64,000 nucleotides of DNA, taken from the NCBI RefSeq assembly GCF_009834535.1, contig NC_045707.1, positions 50,532,001 through 50,596,000 of the forward strand, written 5' to 3'. The notes beneath the pieces are model-generated. The model had not been told where the DNA came from and made no database searches. It was given only the letters and a program-made list of their open reading frames with translations. Of this stretch, positions 24,723-38,192 are shown one piece after another. The stretch is from Camelus ferus. Its lineage: Eukaryota. Position 1 is the stretch's first letter. Each line of letters begins with the position of its first letter. Made by a program: the position numbers and the translations under genes.

Positions 24723-25239
24723 TCCCTGGGTTATTAAGAGATGAAATGTGGTCTGATAGGATATGAGGACAGGAGTTAGCTCCTACTGTCTAAAGACTCC
24801 GAATATGGTTCTTCTAGAATATTTTGTTTTGAGGAAAATAGAATTTCAGTAGTTTTAATAACTTGGGTTAATGCAAGGCATAAAATATACTGCAAGACAA
24901 TGAAGTGGATTTTCTGTGGAATGGGGTTTATTTAGAATTATCCCTCTGTGTGTCAAACTATGCCAAACACTTTTTGCTTTGGTGAAAATGGTATTGAGCT
25001 TGGTAATAAATTCAGATGGACATGCTATTTGTCGCCACTTGTAGAATGCCACAGTAGTATCACCATCAGTGTAGAGAAGAATGTGGACTTCCTGTTTCGC
25101 ATGGCAGGAAGGCACACATCCTGTAACAAATGATTTACATTATTTATTTAAGGCCCATTTCATTCTAAAAAAGACTTGCAGTGGTGTACAAATTCTTCAT
25201 GAGTTAAGTTGAAGAGGAGGGAGGTTGGGATAGAGTCCT

Positions 25240-25540
25240 GTTTTATGCCATTTTCTTCTGGCATTTAATCCAAGAAGGGTCCATTTCTATTCACTTTAAC
25301 TCCAGTGCTGGTCTGAATATGAAAGCCTTCTAGGCTCACTGTCTACACTCTTTCTTATCCTTAGGATCTCAGCTAGTCTTGTGGCTATATAGAGATGACG
25401 TTCAAATTTACATATTCTTCCTCGAACTCTCCAATGACTGCTGAAGATCCCCACTTGCATCTCCAATAAACAAATTAAGCAATATGTCCAAGACAAATCT
25501 CTTCACTCCTTACACCCCCCCAGCCTGGCCTATTCCTTCT
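25240..25540 (+). mobile_element. L2 fragment
   Basis: CCAATGACTGCTGAAGATCCCCACTTGCATCTC...AATATGTCCAAGACAAATCTC. Confidence 0.55.
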
Positions 25541-25574
25541 TTAGTCTTAACACATTTCAGTTGTTCATCCTTCC

Positions 25575-26257
25575 TTTTCTTAAACTACTTTACTGAGGTA
25601 CGACTGATACCCAAAAACTGTATATTTATATTTAATGTATACAATTTGATGAGTTTGGAGATAAGTAGACATCTGTGAAACCATCACCACAATCTATGCC
25701 GTAAATACATCCATCACCTTCAAAAGTTGCCTTTCACTCTCTTTAATTATTATTTTATTATCATTATTTTTGTGATAACAGTACTTAATATAAGATTTAC
25801 CCTCTTTAGCGAATTTGAAGTATACAATGCAGTATCTTTTCTAAATTTTTTCTTTCAAACTCCCAGTTTATCCCTTTGCACCGTCTTTCCCCTCAGTAAC
25901 CATAGTTTCTTCACTATGTCTGTGAGTCTGTTTCTGTTTTGTAGGTAAGTTTGTTTGTGTCTTTTTTTCTTCTTCTGTTGATTCCACACATGAGTGGTAT
26001 CATAGGTACAGTGCAGTATTCTTAACTATAGGCTCTATGCTGTACAGTAGATCTCCAGGACTTATTCATCTTGCATAACTGAAACTATGGACTTTTGTCT
26101 AATACCTCCCTGCTTCCCCCTTCTCCCAGCCCCTGGCAACCGCCATTCTATTCTCTACTGCTGTGAACTTGACTATTATAGATTTTTCATATAAATGGTA
26201 CAATGTAGTATTTGTCTGTTTGTGTCTGGCTTATTTCACTTAGCATAATGTTCTCCA
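25575..26257 (-). mobile_element. Older L1 (L1MA-like) 3' end, interrupted by a nested younger L1 3'UTR piece
   Basis: TTTACTGAGGTACGACTGA...ATGCTGTACAGTAGATCTCCAGGACTTATTCATCTTGCATAACTGAAAC...GGCTTATTTCACTTAGCATAATG. Confidence 0.85.
25836..26006 (-). mobile_element. Short L1 3'UTR insertion with a premature A-rich tail
   Basis: Aligns to the L1 3'UTR at 39115-39260; TSD TACAATGCAGTAT (25823-25835)/TACAGTGCAGTAT (26007-26019). Confidence 0.85.
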
Positions 26258-27174
26258 CTGTATATTCTTGCTTCCAGTCTTTTTAATAAGGGGCACTGGG
26301 AAAAGTGGACAACTACACATAAAAGAATGAAATTAGAACATTCTCTAAAACCATATATAAAAATAAACTCAAAATGGATTAAAGAGCTCAATGTAAGACT
26401 GGATATGCTAAACCTCCTCAAGGAAAACATAGGCAAAACACTCTGACATAAATTGCAGAAATATATTTTGGATCTATCTTCTAGAGTAATGGAAACAAAA
26501 GCAAAAGTAAACTAATGGGGCCTAATTAAACTTAAAGGCTTTTTCATAGCAAAGTAAACCCTACACAAAATGAAAAGACAACCTAAGGATTGGGAGAAAA
26601 TATTTGCAAATGATGCAACCAGTAAGGGATTAATTTCCAAAATATACAAACAGCTCATACAACTTAATATAAACAAACAAACAAACAAACAAATAACCCA
26701 ATCAAAAAATAGGCAGAAGACATAAATAGACATTTCTCCAAAGAAGACATACAGATGGCAAACAGGCACATGAGAAGATGTTCCACATCACTAACTATTA
26801 GAGAAATGCAAATCAAAACTACAGTGAGATATCACCTCATACTGGTCAGAATGGCCATCATCAAAAAGTCTACAAATAATAAATGTTGGAGAGGGTGTGG
26901 AGGAAAGGGAACTTCCCTACATTGTTGGTGGGAATGTAAATTAGTACAGCCACTATGGAGAACAGTGTGGAGGTGCCTTAAAAAACTAAAAATAGAGTTA
27001 CTAGATGATACAGCAATCCCACTCCAGAAAATCCTAATATCCAGAAAAGATAAAAACTCTAATTCAAAAAGATACATGGACCCCAGTATTCACAGCAGCT
27101 CTATTTACAATAGCCAAAACATGGAAGCATACTAAATGTCTATTGAAAGAGGAGTAGATAAAAAAAGATGTGGA

Positions 27175-27205
<31 letters not shown>

Positions 27206-27735
27206 TACATATACATACAATGGAATACTACTCAGCCATAAAAAGTGAAATAAATCTGCAGCAACATGGATGGACCTAGAGATTATCATACTAAGTGAAA
27301 TAAGTTGGACAGAGAAAGACAAATATCATATGGTATCACTTATATGTGGAATCTAAAAAAATGTTACAAATGAATTTATTTACAAACCAGAAATTAGACT
27401 CACAGACATAGAAAGCAAACTTATGGTTACCAAAGGGAAAAGTGTCCAGGGAAGGGATAAATTAAGAGTTTGGAATTAATACTCCTATGTATAAAATAGA
27501 TAAACAATACTATATATTCTATACACACTACTATAAGTAAAATAAATAACAAGGACCCACTGTATAGCACAGGAAACTATGTTCAATTTCTTGTAATAAC
27601 CTCTAATGGAAAGGAAACTGAAAAAGATTGTATATATAAAGTGTGTGTTTATATATATATATAAAGCCAAATGACTTTGCTATTCATCTAAAAGTAACAC
27701 AACACTGTAAACCAACTATACTTCAGTTTTTTAAA
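26251..27735 (+). mobile_element. 5'-truncated L1 (ORF2 C-terminus plus 3'UTR) with a 24-bp 5' inversion
   Basis: ORF 26755-27135 [28 protein letters not shown]...[13 protein letters not shown] is the ORF2 cysteine-rich region; 3'UTR ends AACCAACTATACTTCA. Confidence 0.92.
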
Positions 27736-27989
27736 TTGTAATGTCGAAATATCACTCCATATGATGTATTTCTTTAGAGGGTCTGGAGGTAAAAAATTTT
27801 AAAAATTGTTATACTAAAAAATAAGTTTTCTAATAAATAATCTAATTCTTCAAGAGCCATCATGGTAGATAGTCATTAACAGTCATTATGGGATACATAT
27901 CTTTGGCAAGACAGTATATTCAGCAAGGAAAGAGCATAATTAGATTTGGCTATTATGGGTAGAATTAATTGTAGGCAAGCATTTATATA

Positions 27990-28650
27990 ACTAAAAGAAG
28001 TGAGATAGAGAGTGAATGAATTGCAGTACTTGTTAGCAGATAACTTTGATAGGACTTGCTGACTATGCAAAATTGGAGAATGTTGAGAGAAAGGAGTTGA
28101 TGGATAAGAGTGAAAATACTGAGAGAACATCACATGAACAGAAGCTGAGGAGAGGGAAGACAGATTCTACTCAAGATTTGTTGGTTTTGAAGTCTCTACA
28201 GGAAACCTAAGTGGAGATGTCCAGTAGGTAGCTACGTAGGTCTGGAGCCCAGGAATGAAGTCTTGACTGAAGCTAGAGGTTTGGTAGTCATTGAGTCATT
28301 GTCAAATGGTACTTGAAGTCAGATAACTGGATGGGACTGTTTTGGGAGAAAGAGTAAAGTGGGACCAGGGGAGAACTTAAAGGCCATTAAATTTTAAAAG
28401 GTGGGCAAAAGTAGAGTTCACAAATAACACTGAGAAGAAGCTGCTAGGCAGAGAAAGAAAACCAAGAGAATGTGGGGCCACAAAAGTTAAAGAAAGAATT
28501 TTTCAAGGAGAAAGGGTCAAATATGGAAAGTTCAAATGAAATTGAAAAAATACTGGACCTAGCAACAAAAGGATCACAAGTTGTCTTGATAAGTATGATC
28601 TCAATGGGATTCTGTGAGCAGAAGCTATTTGGAATGTGTTGAGAAATGTG
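27990..28650 (-). mobile_element. L2 fragment
   Basis: AAGTGGAGATGTCCAGTAGGTAGCT...GGTCTGGAGCCCAGG. Confidence 0.7.
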
Positions 28651-28842
28651 TTAAGTTGGAAAGAAACCTGAGAAAATCACCTGGCAGAGCTGACATCCCT
28701 AAAAACAAAAGTCAGAATATTTATATTCAGAATCTCCTTTGGGATGGTCTCATAGCACCTATTATTTTCCCACAAACTACTTAGCTGCACAGAGATGAAA
28801 AAGCTCCTACATTCATCTCACTCCCTCTTTTATTCCCCCCCC

Positions 28843-30339
28843 TTTTTTAAACATTTTTTATTGATTTATAATCATTTTACAATGTTGTGTCAAATTTCAG
28901 CATAGAGCATAATTTTTCAGCTATACATGAACATATACATATTCATTGTCATATTTTTTTCTCTGTGAGCTACCATAAGATCTTGTATATATTTCCCTGT
29001 GCTATTATCTTGTTTATCTATTCGACAATTTTGAAATCCCAGTCTATCTCTTCCCACCCCCTGGTCCCCTGGCAACCACAAGTTTGTATTCTATGTCTAT
29101 GAGTCTATTTCTGTTTTGATTTATGCTTTGTTTGTTTGTTTGTTTGTTTTAGATTCCACATATGAGCGATCTCATATGGTATTTTTCTTTCTCTTTCTGG
29201 CTTACTACACTTAGAATGACATTCTCCAGGAGCATCCATGTTGCTGCAAATGGCATTATGTTGTCAGTTTTTATGGCTGGGTAGTATTCCATTGTATAAA
29301 TATACTACTTCTTCTTTATCCAGTCATCTGTTGATGGATGTTTAGTCTGTTTCCATGTCTTGGCTATTGTAAATAATGCTGCTATGAACATTGGGGTGCA
29401 GGTGTCATCCTGAAGTAGGGTTCATATGGTAAGTCTATTCCTAGTCTTTTGAGGAATCTCCATATTGTTTTCCACAGTGGCTGCACCAAACTGCATTCCC
29501 AACAGCAGTGAAGGAGAGTCCCTTTTCTCCACAGCCTCTCCAGCATTTGTCATTTGTGGATTTTTGAATGATGGCCATTCTGACTGGTGTGAGGTGATAC
29601 CTCATTGTAGTTTTGATTTGCATTTCTCTGATAATTAGTGATATTGAGCATTTTTTCATGTGTCTATTGATCATTTGTATGTCTTTCTTGGAGAATTGCT
29701 TGTTTAGGTCTTCTGCCCATTTTTGGATTGGGTCGTCTATTTTTTTCTCATTGAGTCATATGAGCTGCTTATATATTCTGGAGATCAAGCCTTTGTCGGT
29801 TTCATTTGCAAAAATTTTTTCCCATTCCGTAGGTTGTCTTTTTGTTTTACTTATGGTTTCCTTTGCTGTGCAGAAGTTTGTAAGTTTCATTAGGTCCCAT
29901 TTGTTTATTTTTGCTTTTATTTCTTCTAGGAGAAAATTTTTGAGATGTATGTCAGATAATGTTTTGCCTATATCTTCCTCTAGGAGGTTTATTGTATCTT
30001 GTCTTATGTTTAAGTCTTTGATCCATTTTGAGTTTATTTTTGTGTATGGTGTAAGGGAGTGTTCTAGCTTCATTGTTTTACATGCTGCTGTCCAGTTTTC
30101 CCAACGCCATTTGCTGAAGAGACTGTCTTTATTCCATTGTATATTCTTGCCTCCTTTGGTGAAGATTAGTTGACCATAAATTTGTGGGTTCACTTCTGGG
30201 CTCTCTGTTCTGTTCCATTGGTCTGTATGTCTGTTTTTGTACCAATACCATGCTGTCTTGATAACTGTAGCTCTACAGTATTGTCTGAAGTCTGGGAGAG
30301 TTATTCCTCCAGCCTCTTTATTTCTCTTCAGTAATACTT
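28843..30339 (-). mobile_element. 5'-truncated young L1 (last ~1.2 kb of ORF2 plus 3'UTR), same 3'UTR type as the 7501-10575 element
   Basis: ORFs 29756-30193 ([24 protein letters not shown]) and 29441-29674 are ORF2; 28860-29160 is the reverse complement of 10240-10560; degenerate TSD TTATT..CCCTTT. Confidence 0.93.
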
Positions 30340-30804
30340 ATTTTCCCCTTTAAATAGAGGCTAAAATGAATTTTATTTTACAAATTTAACTTGAGTTTTG
30401 GTATACTGCGGATTTATCTCCCAATTCAACAAATCATTTTGCATGACCGGAATACTTTTTATATGGGCAAATTGGTCCCCTCTTCTGATAGCTTATCGCA
30501 AGTTGATCCTGGGAGCACCAGGAATTTCTCAATCATCTACATTCATGTTAGTGGTGACTTGGACAGAATTTTAAAAAGATACCAAATATTTTTTTCAGGC
30601 AATTCTAAACAATCTCAGGAAAGATAGAAATTAGATTTAAAACAAACTGTTTCCTTGTAAGACTGTTTTTGTTGATGGTAGTTTGTTGGGTTTTTTGTTT
30701 ACTGTCAGGATCATGTTCCTAAATTAATGTTGGCTGCTTTTAAATATAATTTACATATCACTCTAAAATTTGAGAATAATTTCCATTGTGCTATTTTAAA
30801 AATT

Positions 30805-30916
30805 TTTATTTATTTATTTTTTAATCATTTTTAAAAAATGGAGGTACTGGGAATTGAACCCAGGACCTCATGCATGCTAAGCATGTGCTCTACCACTGAG
30901 CTATTATCCCCTTCAT
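30805..30916 (-). mobile_element. Vic-1-type tRNA-Ala-derived SINE (camelid)
   Basis: Reverse complement GGGGATAATAGCTCAGTGGTAGAGCACATGCTTAGCATGCATGAGGTCCTGGGTTCAATTCCCAGTACCTCC plus A-rich tail; TSD CATTGTGCTA(T/C)TTTAAAAATT at 30784-30804/30917-30937. Confidence 0.9.
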
Positions 30917-31284
30917 CATTGTGCTACTTTAAAAATTCTTTTAACAACTATGTGAAGTAGATATTATCTTAAGTAATTCCTCCACTTGTACTCTTATTAA
31001 GTGGAATCAGAATGAAAACTTGAGTCTTTTGATTCCAAACATTCTCATGTTAAATTTAGAAAAACCTGGACTTGTATTCATATATTTTTGTATTTACTAA
31101 TAAGCTATATCCTAGGTAGAATTTCAGGAAGATGAAAACAATGGCAAGATAAAATAATTCAAAATAAATAAGAAAGAAGATGAAAGAAAAAATAAAGACA
31201 AAAATGTCAAATAGAGCTAAAGTATTAGGTCCTTATACCAAACATATGCTACACAGTCATATAACCTTCTCAAGAGAAAGGCCT

Positions 31285-32270
31285 TTTTTTTTTTTAACTC
31301 ATAAAGAATCATAACTCATATAAGTAAATAAATCTTATATGTACAGCTCAATGAATTTCCTCATATGTATGTATGTATAACCCGCTGAACAAATTATAGA
31401 GTATATTCATCATTTTCCTTGGCTTTTTCATTTTTCCTTCAAGAGGAACCACTATTCTGACTCGATGATATATTAGTTTTGCTTGTTTTTGAACTTCATA
31501 TAAATGGCATTATACAAGTTGGGCCTGATTGCTTTTACTCAATAGTGTGTTTGTGATATTCATCTTTATTTTTCTAGCAGGTATTTGGATTTTCCTTTCA
31601 TTGTTGTGTAGTATTTTATTATACAAATTATTACAATTTACTTTCTCATTCTACTGTTGTTGAATATTTGTTTAACATTTGGGGCTACTACAAATAAAAC
31701 TCTTAAGAATATTTTTGTACATGGCTGTCGGTGGATAGGAGCATTTGTTTTTGTTGAGTATTATTTCCTTAGGACTGGAATTACTACATTGTATTTTAGC
31801 TATAGCAGAACTTACCAAGTATTTTTCCAAAATTGTTATGCCAATTTATACTTTAAACAATAATAGAGTTCTTGTTACTCCATATACTAAACAAAATTTT
31901 GAATTTGCAATCTTCTTAATGTTTTCCATTTTGATGGGTGGATCATTGTATTTTATTATTTTTAAAATTTGCATTTCTCTGATGACTAATGATGCTGAGC
32001 ACATTTTCACATTTGATATACTTTTTGTGGAGTGTCTTTTTGAGTCTCTTGCCCATGTTTAAAATGGACTGCTTATTAAATGAATCTGCTAGAAATATTT
32101 TCTCCCAGTTTATGACTTGTCTGTCTATTCTCTGAATGGTATCTTTTGATGAACAGAAACTTTAATTTTAATGAAGTCCAATTTATCAATCTTTTCTTTT
32201 AAGTCACTGTGCTTTTTGAGTTCAGTTTAGAAATTTTTGCATATATTAATGTCATGCAGATAGTCTTACA
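31285..32270 (-). mobile_element. Old L1M (MC/MD/ME-like) 3' end and ORF2 fragment
   Basis: TTTGAACTTCATATAAATGG, TTGCATTTCTCTGATGACTAATGATGCTGAGCAC, TCTTTTGATGAACAGAAAC. Confidence 0.8.
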
Positions 32271-33794
32271 ATGTATTTTAGGCCACAAATTTGACTTTTA
32301 AGAATGTTTTAGCAACCAAACAAGAGTGAACAATCAAGTACAGAATTCATAGTGTTCATAAAGTAAAAGCAAAATAATATTCAGGAAATTTCTTGACAAT
32401 AAGGCCAGAGTAAAACCTCTCCTGTAGACTGGATTATGTGATCAATAATCCCCCAAATGTCCTTATAGTATTAACAGTGATGAGTTGCTTTTTATAATAT
32501 CCCTTGATACAGCCAATTGCTTTGTGCTAAAGGGCAAATGGGTAAAAGCACTTTTCCTTGAGTCAATATAAGGCAGATTTAATTCCAGTGTAGATCACTG
32601 AATATCTAGGCAACTTCCATAGATACTATGTTCTTCAATAATATGTTTGAAAGGTTTTGAGCAACTGTGAGTATAAAATTTTACTCCCAAGGAGATATTT
32701 GAATTCAGTTATTTCATTTTGCCAGATTATTATGGACTATCTGCTTTAACAACTGGGAAGCCCAGTAGGGACACACTCTTGCACACTAAGCTACCCTGCT
32801 CTGCTGCAACTTGAATAGAAGAAGTAATTTTGCAGAGCCAAATTACCCCATAAGCAGAGAAAACACTTGGGAAGTCTATCAGTAATGCATGGGCACTGTG
32901 CAAAATTTTTTTGAAATAATTTGATATTTTATAATGGGTACTAAAATCATTCACTGTATATGAATAGTTAGAATTTGGATCGGTTATTTTTACTTTATTA
33001 AAAAAATTGAGTAGGGTTGAAGTGGCACCAAAAACTCTGTTTTTGGCTTACATCCCCTAAATACTTCCCTGTCCATAGGTCAGAAAAAAAAAAAAACCAA
33101 TTTTTGGCATTATATGGTATTTACTTCTGATTTTTCAGAACTAAATGAGGGTTCCTCTTAACTGTTATCTGAGTGTCATTTCTATCACTCTGTCTTTAGA
33201 GGCAATTAGTACTATGAGTTTGGTGTGTATAATTATATATTATTCATCACAAGAAATACATATTTGTTGTAGAACATTTTTAAAATGAAGAAAAGGAAAA
33301 TAAGATGATAAAAATCATTCATGATCCCATCGCTCAGAGACAACCCCTATGGTTTGATATATTTCCCTTTAGTTTTTCTCTGTGAATACTATATAAATGT
33401 TTACAAAAAACATTCTATAGTGTTTCCACATGCAGCATAGCTTAATGGTTAAGAACAGAGATTCTTGAACTAGGCAGCCTTGGGGTGAGTCCCAGCTCAC
33501 TATTTCCCTAGGTCTCCTCCAAACCCCCTCTAGATACCCCCTAACATCCACAAACATACATAAAGTATCATACCTCTACCTCTTCCTGAACTTTCTCTTA
33601 ACTGTGGTTTGTGTTTATTCTCATCATTTTACAAATAAAGAGACTAAAGCACAGGACAGTTAAGTGATGAACCCAAAGTCACATTGCCAGGAAAGATGTG
33701 CAGGGGCTCCAGGCGGGCATGGTGAGAGGGAGGACAAGGAGAGTGTTACAAGCATGGTAGTCTTCAAGATAGATAAAGGCTTGAATTTTTTAAA

Positions 33795-34035
33795 TAATAT
33801 TTTTATTTTGAAATAATTTTAGCTTTACAGAAAAGCTCAAAAGATAATTCAGAAAGTTCCAGTGTACTTCCCACCCACTTTCTCCTAATGTTAACATCTT
33901 ACATTACTATGGTACATTTGTCAAAACTGAAACTAACATCAGTATATAATTTTACTGAGATTGCTCCAGTTTTTCAATTTATGTCCTTTTTGTGCTTCAG
34001 GGCCCAATTCAGGACAACCCATTGCATTTAGTTGA
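33795..34035 (-). mobile_element. L1MC-like 3' end
   Basis: TTTTATTTTGAAATAATTTTAG.TTTACAGAAAAG...TTCTCCTAATGTTAACATCTTACAT...CATTGCATTTAGTTG. Confidence 0.75.
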
Positions 34036-34419
34036 ACTACGTTTTGAAGATGAATAATAATTTGATGTACAAAGGGAAGGAGGGAAAGCTCAGGACAATG
34101 AGGTATCTGTGGGACAATGAAAGTAGAGGTATTGATCAGGACTAAGCAATGAGATGTGGGGTTAACGAGAGGACTGACTTGATCAGAACAGGCTGAGAAG
34201 GAGGTAGTAAGGAGTGGAAAGTTTTGGGGAATTACTTTGAATAGGGTAAGAATGGAAATTTCAAGCAGAGTAGTTGTATTTCATGGGTATTATGGGGACA
34301 GTAGACAAAGGAGCAAAGGTGTTTAAGAAAATTGGGGAAAGAACATGGATTTCCAGCCCTTCCCACTCAGATCTGCTCCTGGAGAGAGTCAGAGAAGAAG
34401 ACTGCCTGGAAGACACTAA

Positions 34420-34600
34420 AGGACATTTTGTCATCTAATTCTCACAGCAAACATTCAGGTAAGTGTTATCATTAATGCTCATTTAGGAAAGGAAATTGAG
34501 GTTTATGAAGGTCATGTAATTTGCATAAGGTCAAACTACCAATAAGTGGTGGTGCTGGAAACTGAACCAACATTTGACTGACTCCAAAGACTGTGCTTTT
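34420..34600 (-). mobile_element. MIR SINE
   Basis: TCATCTAATTCTCACAGCAA...GGAAATTGAGGTTT...TAATTTGCATAAGGTCA...TGACTCCAAAG. Confidence 0.7.
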
Positions 34601-35329
34601 TTGTCTAGTTCAATCTAAAGTGTTCTTAATTATAATTATCAGAGTTCATAGTATAATTCTCTTCCTCTTCCAGGCAGGTTGCTAAGTGTTAGACATTTGT
34701 ATTTCATCAGCTTTTTCTGAAAGAATCCAGTTGGGACTTTGATGTCCTGCAACACTCCTTCAAGGATCAGAACGTGTCTCCATTCTTTCATGGGTAGTGG
34801 TTACACAGTAAGGAAAACATTTGAGGGGATCTATCATTGACTAATGGGGCCAGTTTGACCTTGGGTGGGTAATTATATGTTTTTAAAGTTCAGCTGACTT
34901 GGGGGTTAGATCATGACCCATATTGCTGTGTAGAGCTTAGACTCCCACATTTTGGCTTGGGTCCTAAGCCAGAAGGAAGACAAGCAACCTGAGAAGTGGC
35001 AGGAAGCAGCTATGGGCAGTGGCATCAGGGAGAAAAGAAAGCTTTTTGATCTTTTTCCCTGCTTCAATTTCCATTTGAAAATTGGTGCCTCTGAGAGGGG
35101 GAGTACCTGAAGTACTGAAGAGACCTTGTCTTCAAAGCATCTCTCTCTGATTTCTCCCTTCCTTTATTCCTTCCACTTGCCCTCTACCAGTTCTGTTCAG
35201 ATTTCCAGGTTTTCTCCTGAACTTTTGAAATATACTCATCATTCAGTCCTGGCAAAATCATTAAAAAAGTCAGCATTGGTTCTATTGCAACATTGACCTT
35301 CAAGAATGATAAGCTTACATTTTCTTGGC

Positions 35330-36300
35330 ATTCTGTTGAGATTGTATTTGTCATTTTTTATTAGTCAACTTATCTCTGAATTATAACTGGTTGCCTTTTT
35401 GCCTTGCTGGTTTTCTTTTTACCCAATGGTTCAATAGACACTCCTTCTCAAGCTCTCCTGATGACTCTTCCTCTTGTAATTGATGAATGTTAGCATGCCC
35501 CAGTCTCTGACCTTCAACCCTCCTCTAGCTATACTCCTTTCTTAGATGAACTTGCCAAGACCCATGGTATTAAAAATAATCTATATGCTACTGGCCAAGC
35601 AGTTTGTATCTCCATCCCTGACTATCCCCTCAACTCAAGAGTCAAGTATCTGACTGACTATTTGACATCTCTTCTTGAATGTACAATAGTCATCTCCATA
35701 TCGCCAATTCGAAAGCTGAACTCATAAGACCTCTCAAATTTTATTTTTCCTAAACCTATCTCATCATAGTAAATGGCAACAGTTCCCAACCATTTGCTTA
35801 AGCCACAATTTTAGAAATCACAATTTTGGTTTCTTGAATTCCCTGACTCCTCACTTCAATCCATAATTGAGTCCCATTGCTTCTATCTAAATCTGACCAC
35901 TTCTCATCTCCACTGCTACCACCTGAATCTAAACCTCTATCCTGTTTATTCTTAATATAGCAAAAGCCTTCTAACTGCCTTCCTGCCTCCATTTCTGTCC
36001 TTACACCTCTATTTTCCACATAGCAGCCAAAGCACCTTTTAAATTTATAGGTGAGATCTGTCACTCTTGTGCTCAAAATTCTTCAACAGCTCCCATCACA
36101 CATAAAATAAAACTCCAACTACTTACCATGGTCTATAAGACTCACCCTACACAGTCTGTTCCTGCTTTTCATTCTGACTTCATATCCTGCCATTTTCTCC
36201 TTTGCTGTTCCTGAATGACCTTGCTGGTCCTCAAACAGGCCAAGATTGTTCCTTTCTAACATCTTTATACTTTCTATTTCTGGTCTATGATTAGTGTTCC
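35330..36300 (+). mobile_element. L2 LINE fragment
   Basis: TGACTATTTGACATCTCTTCTTGAATGT, AGTAAATGGCAAC, GCCTTCTAACTG.CTTCCTGCCTCCA, CTTCAACAGCTCCCATCAC. Confidence 0.8.
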
Positions 36301-36599
36301 CACCCACCTAAGCTCTGTAGATCTTGAGTGGTACAAATATTCATTTTATGTCTTGTATACAAACCTTGGCAATTTTTAGGAAAATAGAGACTCAGAAAAT
36401 CAGGAAAGGCTAATTTAGCTCTTTAAAGGTATCTCTTGAAACTAACACTATGTTTAATTCATTTTCTAAAAAAGTCTCACATGAAAGATGATCATACATA
36501 GCTTAAACCTGAAAATCCATACTTATTTTTGTATTCATAGACACAGTTTATCCATAAGTGAAGGAAGAGATGAGAGATGGAGAAGGGAACCAACAGGAA

Positions 36600-36830
36600 G
36601 AGGAAAGGAGATTAAAAATGATCAAACACCTGCAAAGTGAAAGGCCATTTTGGGGGAAATGTTACATATCTTTTGTAGTCCTCCCTAAAAAAACTTCAAG
36701 GTATGTTTTCATTAACTTCATTTTTCTGACGAAGAAAATGAGGCTGACTGTTTAATAAGTTGCCTGAGGTCAGATAGGGGGTGGAATCAAGGGTGTCAGT
36801 TCTGTTCATTTCAATAGCTAAAGCATATTG
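36600..36830 (-). mobile_element. MIR SINE
   Basis: CATTTTTCTGACGAAGAAAATGAGGCT...TTGCCTGAGGTCA. Confidence 0.6.
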
Positions 36831-38192
36831 CACCATATTACCTTGCTTATCCAGTTATACTGAGTATTTAAATGCCTTGTCCCTCTGGAATGATATTGGA
36901 CCATAAAGCTTTAGAAATAACTCTATTTGTATTTGCTTCCTGTCTTATTTATGGATTTATTAAACTCAACTGCTATTTGATCCAAACTCACTGAAGCTTT
37001 TGCTGGTGGAATGGTCTCTTCATAGGTGGGGGTGGGGGTAGTCTAACATCCCGAAAAATAAATCATATAAAACAAGACACATTGAGAAAGAAATATTATA
37101 ATAATAAGTGAAGATGAGAAAGATAAATTATTCCTAGGTATATGCTTAAGTTTGGTCTTCAAATTAACACCATCTAAATTAGCCCTACAATTAATTTCGT
37201 AAATGAACTTCTACTAAGCATCTAATAAACAGTTCGGGAGAAGGAGGAAAAGAAGCAAAAACAACTATTTTGTTTTGTGTTTTTTCAGTTTGATGAACAA
37301 GTCGTTCCACGGCAAGCTGCTTGTGAATTGATGACTGTACCTTTAGAATCCTTTGTTGATTTTTTCACTCTTTAGCCCCCCTCTTTTGGGGGTAAAATAA
37401 GTCTGTAAAACGTACAATAAAGCAATTACTCCAGTGTAGGAAGCAACAATATGGTACTATATCTAAGGGATTTTGCAAATCATAATGTATAATACCATAT
37501 ACCCAGGTTAGAAATACACTGCATTTTGAACCTAATTCAAAAAGGTGTGAAATGTAGTTTTGAGTTCCCTTGGCAAGATGTGACTGGATGATTCAAAGAT
37601 AAAAGGTATAAGTAGCTTATAAAATATTTCAAAGGGGTTACAGAACATCAAAGAATTGTTGCTAAATAAAAACTTGATTGAAAATGAATCAGAAACTTCA
37701 GAGCTAAATTTACTGAAAATAAACATGGCTATAAATCTTCTTTTTTAAAAAAAGCAATGGTGAAAAGTGGGCTTCTTAAAAATTTAGAATCAAAGATTTG
37801 GTAAATGCAAACCTAGATCTAATCCAATCCTCCCAATATTAGAAATGATATTATTTCACTGAGGCAGAGGGGCTGTAAGTATTGCACAAAATGGAGTGCT
37901 GGGTTATGACCCTGACCTTGTGCTTTGCTACCATGTGCCTTTGGGTGGGTTAGGGTCTCTCTCTGAGTTTAGGTTCTCATCTCTTCAGATAATGAAGATA
38001 ATGTAATCCCTGCTCTGTCTCCTTCCTACAGAGTGCGTATCAGGATCAAAGGAATAGATTTAAGAATATATCCTGAGTTTTAAGATGTTCCATAAGTGTT
38101 TGATATGGGTGAGAAACAGCAATTAAATAACACTACAGGTTCAAAAAACAATAATATATTTTCAGATTTGACTTAAAAATAAAGTGTGTTTC

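Noticed and set aside
24855..25125. Possible terminal coding exon on the minus strand (acceptor TTGTTACAG near 25121)
   Set aside because: No recognisable protein in any frame and no supported upstream exon.
29613..30173. 186-aa hydrophobic ORF
   Set aside because: Antisense reading of A-rich L1 ORF2.
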